Source of the DNA: a virus
Taxonomy: Duplodnaviria > Caudoviricetes
Reading direction: 5' to 3' (one strand)
Length of the DNA: 32,026 nucleotides
IMG/VR virus record: IMGVR_UViG_3300006922_002478
Coordinates: 1-32,026 of that record
Both the position numbers and the translations under genes were made by a program. Shown one piece after another: positions 17,705-26,003 of this stretch (positions within the stretch are counted from its first letter, which is position 1; each line of letters starts with the position of its first letter). Under the pieces are notes generated by a model. It saw only the letters and a list, made by a program, of their open reading frames with translations, was not told where the DNA came from and did no database searches.

Positions 17705-18836
17705 TCTTTTTAATTATGCTTGTTGTGCTATGTCCTTCAACAGTAGGGAATATAACAACATCAGCTAGATGATTTCCTACCACAGTATCAAAGGTATAGT
17801 CGCCACCTTTTACTATAATATCTGGCTCTAATTTGGTCATTGCTTCCAACGGAGTATCTTCATCAAAAATAATTACATCATCTACAAAACCAAGCTCTAA
17901 GAGCAATTCCTTGCGGGTGTCCTGATCGTTAATGGGTCTTAAATCGCCTTTTAAACGCTTAACACTTGTATCGCTGTTAATACCCACTATAAGCCTATTT
18001 CCTAAGCTGTATGCGTGTCTAAGTAGCTTTAAATGGCCTATATGCAGTATGTCAAACACTCCATTAGTCCATACAACTACATCTTCTAAATCATCTTTTT
18101 TAAGAATATATGTACCAGCATGTTTTACACTTTCTGTCGAACCACGAACAGCAATCTTAATTGCTTTTTCATAATCATGCCCTTTAGTAAGTGCATATAC
18201 AAAACTTGCTAAAAAACAATCACCAGCACCTGTAACATCTGCTACTTCTAAATTATCAACAGGTACTTCATATCTTTTACCATCAATAGTAGCAATAACT
18301 TCTTCACCAGCATTAGTAGTAATAATATTACCCTGCCAATTATCAAATTCTAATGATTCGAATTCACTGTAGTTAGGTTTTACTAACCAAGCACCTTCGT
18401 AGAACCACTGGTTTTCTTTTGGATCTACAATTATCTTACAATTAAATGTATTAATATGTTCAATAATTTCTCTTGCTTCATCTAATACACCTTTGTTGTA
18501 GTCACTTAGTAAAACATAGTCGTATTGAGAAAAATTAGTTTCTTTTACTTGTTTTAAAACTTCTGTTCCGTTTGCTTGTGCGTCATCATCAATACGTGTG
18601 ATATAATGTCCGTCACAAATTATTCTAGTTTTAACACTAACTTGACCTTGTGTTTCAAACATATCAACATCAACGCCTAAACTTTTTAAGTTTTCATATA
18701 CAAGTCCTGCACCGCCTCTTGTTTCTTTTTCTTCAATATAAGTTATTACAGGAACAGGTGCTTCTGGGCTGATACGTGTAGATGTACCGTAGATATATTT
18801 GTCGATAATTACATCGCCAATAACTAAAACTTTCAT
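17688..18836 (-). CDS. hldE: bifunctional heptose-7-P kinase / heptose-1-P nucleotidyltransferase
   Basis: PfkB part: RISPEAPVPV, GGAG, LSDYNKGVL, DPK, KPN..EF, DVTGAGD. Nucleotidyltransferase part: NGVFDILHIGH, GINSD.SVKRLKG..RP, KGGDY, GHSTT. Confidence 0.93.
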   Translation of the reverse strand: MKVLVIGDVIIDKYIYGTSTRISPEAPVPVITYIEEKETRGGAGLVYENLKSLGVDVDMFETQGQVSVKTRIICDGHYITRIDDDAQANGTEVLKQVKETNFSQYDYVLLSDYNKGVLDEAREIIEHINTFNCKIIVDPKENQWFYEGAWLVKPNYSEFESLEFDNWQGNIITTNAGEEVIATIDGKRYEVPVDNLEVADVTGAGDCFLASFVYALTKGHDYEKAIKIAVRGSTESVKHAGTYILKKDDLEDVVVWTNGVFDILHIGHLKLLRHAYSLGNRLIVGINSDTSVKRLKGDLRPINDQDTRKELLLELGFVDDVIIFDEDTPLEAMTKLEPDIIVKGGDYTFDTVVGNHLADVVIFPTVEGHSTTSIIKKIDNGN

Positions 18837-20314
18837 TACATATCCTTTATATATTGTGTATTGTCTGGTAAATGTTGAGTGTGGTTATCAAAAACTTCAA
18901 CATGATAACGATATGCACTGTCACTAAAATCTATATCATTATTAAACTTTAATTCTCTTTCAGCAACTTCAGATGTTAATTTGCCTGTGCCTGCAAGTAC
19001 ATAACTCCACAAAGGCCATCCTGCTCCGCCTTCTGGTCTAGGGAATAATGTCATATTAGGTACTCTATGTTTGCAAACTTCGTGTATTGATTTTACAAAC
19101 TCTGTAGTTGTTACTCCACTATCAATATACTTCCAAAATTCTGTATCATTGCGTCCGCATGTATAATGTGCTACTAAGAAATCTCTTGTTGTGTCATACA
19201 TATGAGCTTTGTCGTTGTTGTATTTGTTAACGGTTCCTTCGTTGCATGTGATATCTCTGTTAGTAGACAAGCAACTAAACACAAAATCTTTTAATTGCAT
19301 AATTGTTGTATGTATACTTGTTGCTTCTAATGGTTCTGCAAAGGCCGCACACAATCCAATTGATAAAACATTCTTAATCCAAAGTGTTTCTTGCCTTCCT
19401 GATTCAAACTTTAATAGTCTAATTGGATCAACTTTACGCCCAATTGTTTGCTCAAGTTCAGCATGTGCTTGATCAGGTGTAACAAATTCATCACTGAATA
19501 CGTATCCACAACCACGCCTATTTTTTGTAGGTATTTGCCAACACCAACCATTATTTTGTGCCCATGCATTAGTTACAGGTTGAATAATTTCATCATCTTC
19601 ATACGGCAAAAAAAATGGTAATGCACTGTTTACAGGCAAATTATCCTTGTAACTTTTCCATTTTCCGCCTACTGCTTTCATAAGCACTTGATTGAATCCA
19701 CTAGCATCAATAAACATGTCGCCTTCAACAGTATTACCATTACTTAACTTAACTGACTCTACAAATCCAGTGTCTGACTCAAGCATAACTTGTTCAACTT
19801 CACTGTCAATATGTGTAACAGTTTCACAAATCTTCTTAAAATATTGGCCTACTTTGTGTGCATCAAAGTGATATGCATGATTGCCTGCAGGCTCAACAAA
19901 ACTATTTTTATTATGATGTATTTTATACCCAAGTTCAGTAGCAATGTGTAATAAGTCTTGATCTCTGTAACCTAAAGCATGTTGAAACATAAGGTCAACA
20001 ACATCATTACTAGTTGGTGTGCCATCAATAGGACCATAATAATGTTTGTTTTTGTCAGGTCCCCAACCAATATGTTTAATACCTAATTTAATTGTAGCAT
20101 CACACTCTTTAATAAAGTCTTGTTCATTACAACCAAAGTCCCACATCTCATTGTGGATAATATTTGTTAGTGATCCTGTTGATCCTTCGCCTGCACCTAT
20201 GATACCAATCTTTGAACTTTCAATGACTGTTACTGTGTTTTCGGGCTTAATTTTTGAAATCATTAGAGCCGCTAGCCAACCGGCAGTGCCTCCTCCAACA
20301 ACAACTATCTTCAT
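18836..20314 (-). CDS. flavin-dependent halogenase #2
   Basis: GGGTAGW, IGAGEGS, DATIKLGI (Lys), AYHFDA, FIDASGF, GWCWQIP, FAEPLEATSIH, DFLVAHY..RNDTEFW. Confidence 0.92.
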   Translation of the reverse strand: MKIVVVGGGTAGWLAALMISKIKPENTVTVIESSKIGIIGAGEGSTGSLTNIIHNEMWDFGCNEQDFIKECDATIKLGIKHIGWGPDKNKHYYGPIDGTPTSNDVVDLMFQHALGYRDQDLLHIATELGYKIHHNKNSFVEPAGNHAYHFDAHKVGQYFKKICETVTHIDSEVEQVMLESDTGFVESVKLSNGNTVEGDMFIDASGFNQVLMKAVGGKWKSYKDNLPVNSALPFFLPYEDDEIIQPVTNAWAQNNGWCWQIPTKNRRGCGYVFSDEFVTPDQAHAELEQTIGRKVDPIRLLKFESGRQETLWIKNVLSIGLCAAFAEPLEATSIHTTIMQLKDFVFSCLSTNRDITCNEGTVNKYNNDKAHMYDTTRDFLVAHYTCGRNDTEFWKYIDSGVTTTEFVKSIHEVCKHRVPNMTLFPRPEGGAGWPLWSYVLAGTGKLTSEVAERELKFNNDIDFSDSAYRYHVEVFDNHTQHLPDNTQYIKDM

Positions 20315-21825
20315 ACTAAACTTCCTCTATCTCCTCTGAACATTGCTCGTTCAGCCCAGTCTAACCCTATATTTGTACTTTCAATAGCATCAGTGTGATT
20401 AACACTTCCGTGCATACGATGTTGCTCTGCTATCAAAAAGTCACGCATGATAAAGTCTATTTTTATAGGATTTAGGTAATTTAAATCTACATTAATAGGA
20501 TATCCCATTTGTATTAACCACAAGTGCCAATTAGGAGGATGAAACAATGTACGAGACTGTACATTAGTATAAAATTTTCTGTTTGGATCTTTTAACCAGC
20601 GTTCATAAAATAAATGTTTGTCTGACTTAACATGTGTTTCCTTTACATAATTCCAAAATGGTGTGTCCCATTTAGTATCAGCATAGTGACTATTAATAAA
20701 GTCAACAGCATCTTCGTACCAGTATTGCATATCTTTGTTATATGAGTCTATATCAGCTTGTCCGTAAGCGTATTGCGGAATACGCTCTGCTAACATTTTA
20801 ACACCATTAGTCATACTAGCAAGTCCAGTTGACTCTAACGGTTCGATAAATCCACCACTAAGGCCGATTGAAACAACATTATTCTCCCAGAAATTTTCAC
20901 TGTAATAAGGAAGCCAGTCAATAACTTTTAAGTCTTCAGGTTTAATTCTACCATCCCAGTGGTCACAAAAATATTGTTTTGCTGTATCAATGTCTGTTAT
21001 GTCTTTATTGAAAACCATACCACTACCAAAACGTGTTTGTGTAGGAATTTTCCAAATCCAACCGTGATCAACAGCAGGACAATTTACATATGGTACACGT
21101 TCTTTTTCTACATCATTGTACGGAACATGTCCAGCAACAGCAGTGTTTGTAAACAATCTACCTTCACCTAATAGTTCTACACGTTTAGGTTTTTTAAGAA
21201 TATTAGCAAAGCCTGTACAGTCAATATAAAAATCTGAATAGTGTTTTTTTCCATTTTTCAAATCTAAACTTTCAATATCATTTTGTTCGTTACGATTTAC
21301 ATTAACAACTTCACTTTTAATTAGATTAATCTTGTCTCCACAATGTCTTTGTAATACTTGTGTCAGTTTGCCAGCATCAATATGGAATGCTAGGGTGTCG
21401 AATGCTCCCCACATATCTACTTTGTTATTTTGACTACATTCATATGTAGGCATCCCGGCAGTTTTGAAATCCATATCTTGTTTTTGTGCCCAAATATCAT
21501 ACTGTGTAGCGGCTTTATCAAGATAACTTCTATTTAAATAAAAAGGATGCCATACACTACCTTTAGGATCTCTCCAACCAGGAAAATTAATACCTGCTTT
21601 GTATGTTGTATCAATATCTTTAAACCATTCAGTTAAAGATAATCCGCACTCTCTTAAATATGATGGGAATGTAAGTACAGTTGCTTCACCAACACCAATA
21701 GGATTTCCAACTTCTTTGTCGATTACTGTTAGTTCAATATCCCACATATTATTTTGAATGTATGCGGCCGCTAACCAGGCCGCTGAACCGCCGCCAACAA
21801 TAGTAATATTTTTAAGTTGTTTCAT
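20311..21825 (-). CDS. flavin-dependent halogenase #3
   Basis: GGGSAAW, IGVGEAT, DTTYKAGINF (Lys), AFHIDA, YIDCTGF, GWIWKIP, FIEPLESTGL, DFINSHY..DTPFW. Confidence 0.92.
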   Translation of the reverse strand: MKQLKNITIVGGGSAAWLAAAYIQNNMWDIELTVIDKEVGNPIGVGEATVLTFPSYLRECGLSLTEWFKDIDTTYKAGINFPGWRDPKGSVWHPFYLNRSYLDKAATQYDIWAQKQDMDFKTAGMPTYECSQNNKVDMWGAFDTLAFHIDAGKLTQVLQRHCGDKINLIKSEVVNVNRNEQNDIESLDLKNGKKHYSDFYIDCTGFANILKKPKRVELLGEGRLFTNTAVAGHVPYNDVEKERVPYVNCPAVDHGWIWKIPTQTRFGSGMVFNKDITDIDTAKQYFCDHWDGRIKPEDLKVIDWLPYYSENFWENNVVSIGLSGGFIEPLESTGLASMTNGVKMLAERIPQYAYGQADIDSYNKDMQYWYEDAVDFINSHYADTKWDTPFWNYVKETHVKSDKHLFYERWLKDPNRKFYTNVQSRTLFHPPNWHLWLIQMGYPINVDLNYLNPIKIDFIMRDFLIAEQHRMHGSVNHTDAIESTNIGLDWAERAMFRGDRGSLV

Positions 21826-22272
21826 TTATTTGTCCTGTTCTAAATAATCAATTAAACTAAACACTGTTTCAAATTTAGTTTGATTGGTTTTACTTTGTAA
21901 TGTATTGCGTAATCCCATGTGTAATGGTTTAGGCCATCTTCCAAAACTTACCCATGCATATCCGTCATGTTCTTCGTTTAGTTGTGGAAGGAATTCATCT
22001 TTTAATATGCACAAATATGTATGAAAACTAAATTTTTCATCTGTACTAATAAAAGTTTCTAATGGAATTGTTTTGATTATGTCCGGTAATTCGCCGACTT
22101 CTTCGTGTATTTCTCGTTGTAGTGCAGGCCACGGAGCTTCATTCTTACCGTTAGTACCGCCTACTAATCCCCATACATGTTTTTGTTTGCTTTGTGTGCG
22201 GTGTAATAATAAAAACCGTTGTGTTTTAAGTGAATAAAATAAGGCACCACTGCATATAATTTCTTGACTCAT
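21826..22272 (-). CDS. NUDIX hydrolase
   Basis: WGLVGG-x5-E-x5-LQREIHEEVG Nudix box, LNEEHDGYAW. Start placed at MSQEIICSG (22272) to avoid overlap with gp15. Confidence 0.88.
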   Translation of the reverse strand: MSQEIICSGALFYSLKTQRFLLLHRTQSKQKHVWGLVGGTNGKNEAPWPALQREIHEEVGELPDIIKTIPLETFISTDEKFSFHTYLCILKDEFLPQLNEEHDGYAWVSFGRWPKPLHMGLRNTLQSKTNQTKFETVFSLIDYLEQDK

Positions 22273-22285
22273 ACAAGTACTTATT

Positions 22286-23749
22286 TTAGAGTGATAGGCG
22301 CCAGGTGCCTTTTCGGTATTCGCCTTCGAATGAAAGTATCCATTCTGTACCAGTCCATCTGTACTGTACACCAGTATTTAGGTTGGTTATATATTTTGTT
22401 GTAGTTCCTGTGTCTGCACTAGCATCAAATACAACATGCCAATTAGAGCCATCCCATTCTACAATGTCATTTTCGCCTGCTACAAAGTCTGTATTATCTG
22501 CATTTTTCCATGCATCAGGCCCATCATAACCTGCTACACCTACATTATCACTGGTATTAATAGCACCTAATAATAACAATCTTAGTCCTGCCGCTTTTGC
22601 ATCAGTTGGATTATACTTACCAGGATTAATAATAAAATCAATTGAACCTGTATTATTTCTACCAGCTGGCGAGTTTAGTGTTGTGTTAGTAGGTATAGTA
22701 TCTTCATCCCAATCAACAACCAATTGACTCTCGTCTAGTGGGTTAATAGTTACCGATCCATTAACACTTATACTTGTATCTTCACCTTCTAATATCTTAC
22801 GCTGTAATTGTAACTGTGATAATCCTGCTCTATATTCGCCTGGTAATACTTCTATTAATTTAGTCCAAGTTACTGTTCCTGTTTTTCCTCGATCAATTAG
22901 TTGTGCAATGTTATTCATTACAACCATATCATAGTCTTTGTATGTAGCAGTATTAACTGATAGGTTCAATGTATCTCTTTGTATACGATCAGTCTGCTTA
23001 TCCATTGCCGCCCTTTCTGCTGGACTATCAGAATATGCCTTTAATTCAGGTGTACTAATACCTAATGCAATATTACCATTTGATTCGTCAAATATACTCA
23101 TAATAACATTTGTTATAATACCTAACTTTTTAACTTTAGCAGGCATGTTAATGTATATTGGAGTTGTAAAACTAAGTTGTGCAACATCAATTTCACTTTC
23201 TGTTCCAATTGGAATACTTCTATTACTAAAACTTGTGCTAGTTAATTCCACACTAGTTAAACTACTCCAGTCGACATAATTATCTGTTGTTTGTATTTCT
23301 AAACTAGGATTAAACAACATTAATAACTGTTCCATAATTTGTAATTTTTGATCTGTGTTAGTTGACCAAATATCTACATTAACATTTAATGTATATGGAC
23401 TAGGCATTATACGTTCTACTGTATAATTTTTACCTTGTGTGTTTAAATATTCACTACCAGTAGAATCGTAAGCACGTTCTCTAAGATGCACTTTACTAGT
23501 AAAAGAACTATCACTAGTTCTAGTTCGGTCTTGTTCTAACCCCGTGATGTATACTGACATACGCGGCGCACTTGGTATTTTGTTTTCTGAATTATCTCTT
23601 AAAATATGACCAACTTGACGTGTAATATCGCCATACATAACAGGTACACGAACTATTTTATCATCGCCGTCTTTGTATGAAAAGTTACTAAACAGTCTTA
23701 CTAACTGAGTAACATATCTACGTATTTGTCCATCATAAAAATGTTGCAT
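22286..23749 (-). CDS. tail sheath stabiliser / tail completion protein (T4 gp15-like) with C-terminal extension
   Basis: HFYDGQIRRY..LFSN, VPVMYGD, PRMS, MPSPYTL..DIWS.NTDQKLQIMEQLL.LFNPS. Position next to neck genes. Confidence 0.85.
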   Translation of the reverse strand: MQHFYDGQIRRYVTQLVRLFSNFSYKDGDDKIVRVPVMYGDITRQVGHILRDNSENKIPSAPRMSVYITGLEQDRTRTSDSSFTSKVHLRERAYDSTGSEYLNTQGKNYTVERIMPSPYTLNVNVDIWSTNTDQKLQIMEQLLMLFNPSLEIQTTDNYVDWSSLTSVELTSTSFSNRSIPIGTESEIDVAQLSFTTPIYINMPAKVKKLGIITNVIMSIFDESNGNIALGISTPELKAYSDSPAERAAMDKQTDRIQRDTLNLSVNTATYKDYDMVVMNNIAQLIDRGKTGTVTWTKLIEVLPGEYRAGLSQLQLQRKILEGEDTSISVNGSVTINPLDESQLVVDWDEDTIPTNTTLNSPAGRNNTGSIDFIINPGKYNPTDAKAAGLRLLLLGAINTSDNVGVAGYDGPDAWKNADNTDFVAGENDIVEWDGSNWHVVFDASADTGTTTKYITNLNTGVQYRWTGTEWILSFEGEYRKGTWRLSL

Positions 23750-23973
23750 TACTCTTTACCTTTACAAGATTTACAACCGCAGTCATTTAAGAAAAAATGT
23801 ACAATGGCCATTGTAAACCACATCCATGTCATTTCACCTATACCAAACAGTGTATTGCCGTGTGCAGGCATATCGTGATCCATATGCATCACTGGCATCA
23901 TATCTAGATATAAAAAATATACACCTAGCCCTGCAAAAATTATTCCTGCAATATTATGTCTAATTATTCTCAT
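23749..23973 (-). CDS. small two-TM membrane protein with His/Met-rich loop and C-terminal Cys cluster
   Basis: TAATG overlaps at both ends. Hydrophobic IAGIIFAGLGVYFLYL and MTWMWFTMAIVHFFL flank MMPVMHMDHDMPAHG; ends CGCKSC. Confidence 0.7.
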   Translation of the reverse strand: MRIIRHNIAGIIFAGLGVYFLYLDMMPVMHMDHDMPAHGNTLFGIGEMTWMWFTMAIVHFFLNDCGCKSCKGKE

Positions 23974-25130
23974 TAATTATCCGCCTTTGGTCTTAGAGCT
24001 TTACCTAATCCTTGTCTTTCTACAACAGTTTCACCTGCAATAGTTGATTCATTTGTATTGTTAACAAACGTACCTTTTTGTGTTTGTTTTGTATTAGTAT
24101 TTGTCATTGTCATTCTTACATTATCTTCCATCTTAACCCATCTTCTACCGTCATATCTAAATAATCTATTTGGCATCATATCAATTCTTAGAAAATAATC
24201 ACCTTCAGCTTGCGTAAGTGGAAAACTAATACCACTTCCAAATGCTTCGCCATTAGGTGCTAATCCGTCGCCAATAATATAACCTGTATAGCCCTCACGC
24301 TCTGGTGTTTGGTTAACTCTATCTGCTAATTCGTTTTGTGTACTTGCATCAAGTTCACTACTATCTGTTGTTACTAATTCTGGTTCGCCTCTATCATCAA
24401 CTTGTAGGGTATATAAATGACTTGTATCATAACCTGCTTTAGGAGCATCAGATTCTGCTTGCGAAATAATAGCATCATTAATTTGCATCTCTTTATCGTA
24501 GGTACTAAGTACGTCACGTAGTGTTTGTGATGATCCTTCTTCTGCTGGTAAATCAAGTACTTCTTTGAACTCTTGACTATCAATAATTTGTTTCATTTTC
24601 ACACGATATAAGTGTGGGTACCAAGTTGGTGAAAATCCTTCACTTGCTCTGTTCACATCTTCAACAACATAATAACGTTTTAACGCCACACTAAAATCAT
24701 TAAGTGCATTTTCGTCTTTTAAGTGTGGAAGTTCAATAACATCACCAGACATAATTTTACGTCCTAGTGTTTTTACACTATAATTAATTGGTATAGTCAT
24801 AAAAATAATATCATTTTGTAGGAACAAACCAAATTGGCTCATATCAAAATCTACATCTGAAACACTATATATACCACGCATTGTATAAATGTCAGGATCG
24901 TATTTACGATCTCTGTTCTCCATAAACAACATGTCTTGTATATTAGTTTCTTTTACAGCATCGTACTGTGGTTGATCAGCTGTAGCAGATGCATCATCTG
25001 GATTCTTAGGTCCTAAGTACTTGTGTACAAAGACGTCGGTACCTCCAACGGTAAACATCTCTGTTATAGTCTTATCTAAGAATGAATAATCTTTCCCTCT
25101 TTCGGGTTTGTATAAACTAAGTCTCGGCAT
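23973..25130 (-). CDS. neck protein (T4 gp14-like head-tail adaptor)
   Basis: MPRLSLYKP start at 25130. IQDMLFMENRDRKY, LSQFG-like MSQFGLFL, LGRKIMSGDVIELPHL, EGFSPTWYPHLYR. Upstream of the gp15-like gene. Confidence 0.7.
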   Translation of the reverse strand: MPRLSLYKPERGKDYSFLDKTITEMFTVGGTDVFVHKYLGPKNPDDASATADQPQYDAVKETNIQDMLFMENRDRKYDPDIYTMRGIYSVSDVDFDMSQFGLFLQNDIIFMTIPINYSVKTLGRKIMSGDVIELPHLKDENALNDFSVALKRYYVVEDVNRASEGFSPTWYPHLYRVKMKQIIDSQEFKEVLDLPAEEGSSQTLRDVLSTYDKEMQINDAIISQAESDAPKAGYDTSHLYTLQVDDRGEPELVTTDSSELDASTQNELADRVNQTPEREGYTGYIIGDGLAPNGEAFGSGISFPLTQAEGDYFLRIDMMPNRLFRYDGRRWVKMEDNVRMTMTNTNTKQTQKGTFVNNTNESTIAGETVVERQGLGKALRPKADN

Positions 25131-25131
25131 A

Positions 25132-25166
25132 ACAATAGTATTTATCGTAACGCATAAATACATTGT
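25132..25166. promoter_or_regulatory. back-to-back late promoter boxes (GATAAATA on minus, CATAAATA on plus)
   Basis: acaatagTATTTATcgtaacgcATAAATAcattgt is a near-perfect inverted repeat between the divergent gp14 and gp13 genes. Confidence 0.75.
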
Positions 25167-25179
25167 ACGGAGAAGATAC

Positions 25180-25941
25180 ATGTCAACAAACATTAATACA
25201 AAAAAACAAGAAGTTTTCAAATACGTAGAACTAAGTCTCGGTGGTGGAATGATCGATGTTGAACTCGATCCAGAGCATTATGAGAGTGCCCTTAACACAG
25301 CATTTACTAAATTTAGACAGCGTAGTGAAAATAGTGTTGAAGAATCATACATCTTTTTACCTACAGTAATTGATCAAAATGATTATGTACTACCAAATGA
25401 AGTAATGGAAGTTAGACAAATTTTTAGAAGATCAATTGGATCACGCACAGGCGGCGGAGATGGCGGCACATTGTTTGAACCATTTAACCTGGCTTATACA
25501 AATACATATCTATTAGCAAGTAGTAACATGGGCGGACTATCAACTTATAATGCATTTGCAGGATACCAAGAACTTGTAGGACGTATGTTTGGATCATTTA
25601 TTGAATTTAAATGGAATAGATCAAATAAAAAACTTACAATACTACAACGTGCTCGTGCAGAAGAAGAACTGTTATTAGAATGTTACAATTATAGACCAGA
25701 CTTTGAATTGTTAGATGACTATATGGCTGTACAATGGATCAAAGACTATACACTTGCAAAGTGCAAATATATGTTAGGCGAAGCACGTAGTAAATTTGCT
25801 ACAGTCGCAGGCCCACAAGGCGGCACATCTTTAAACGGTGATGCCTTAAAAGCTGAAGCACAAGCTGAAATGGAAAAACTTGAACAAGATCTAGCACTAG
25901 CAGTAGCTGGTGGCGTAGGATACGGCTTCACAATCGGTTAA
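25180..25941 (+). CDS. neck protein (T4 gp13-like)
   Basis: LGGGMIDVELDPEH, WIKDYTLAKCK..LGEARSKF..GPQGGTSLNG..LKAEA..E. ATG 25180 after GGAG. Confidence 0.85.
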   Translation: MSTNINTKKQEVFKYVELSLGGGMIDVELDPEHYESALNTAFTKFRQRSENSVEESYIFLPTVIDQNDYVLPNEVMEVRQIFRRSIGSRTGGGDGGTLFEPFNLAYTNTYLLASSNMGGLSTYNAFAGYQELVGRMFGSFIEFKWNRSNKKLTILQRARAEEELLLECYNYRPDFELLDDYMAVQWIKDYTLAKCKYMLGEARSKFATVAGPQGGTSLNGDALKAEAQAEMEKLEQDLALAVAGGVGYGFTIG

Positions 25942-25949
25942 AATAATAC

Positions 25950-25978
25950 TTGACTTCTGCTAAATTATAACGTATACT
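25950..25978 (+). promoter_or_regulatory. sigma70-type promoter TTGACT-N17-TATACT for dNMP kinase
   Basis: TTGACT 25950-25955, 17-nt spacer, TATACT 25973-25978, then AAGGA and ATG 26004. Confidence 0.75.
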
Positions 25979-26003
25979 ATACATTATAAATTAAGGATTC
26001 ATT

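Noticed and set aside
1207-21825. Bacterial biosynthetic gene cluster or LPS locus contamination
   Set aside because: The enzymes are translationally coupled to phage neck genes and share composition and promoter signals with them; no scaffold synthase or transporter is present.
25108-25220. Overlapping N-terminal extensions of gp13 and gp14 in the ORF track
   Set aside because: Better starts at 25180 and 25130 leave a promoter-containing gap, so the extensions are longest-ORF artefacts.
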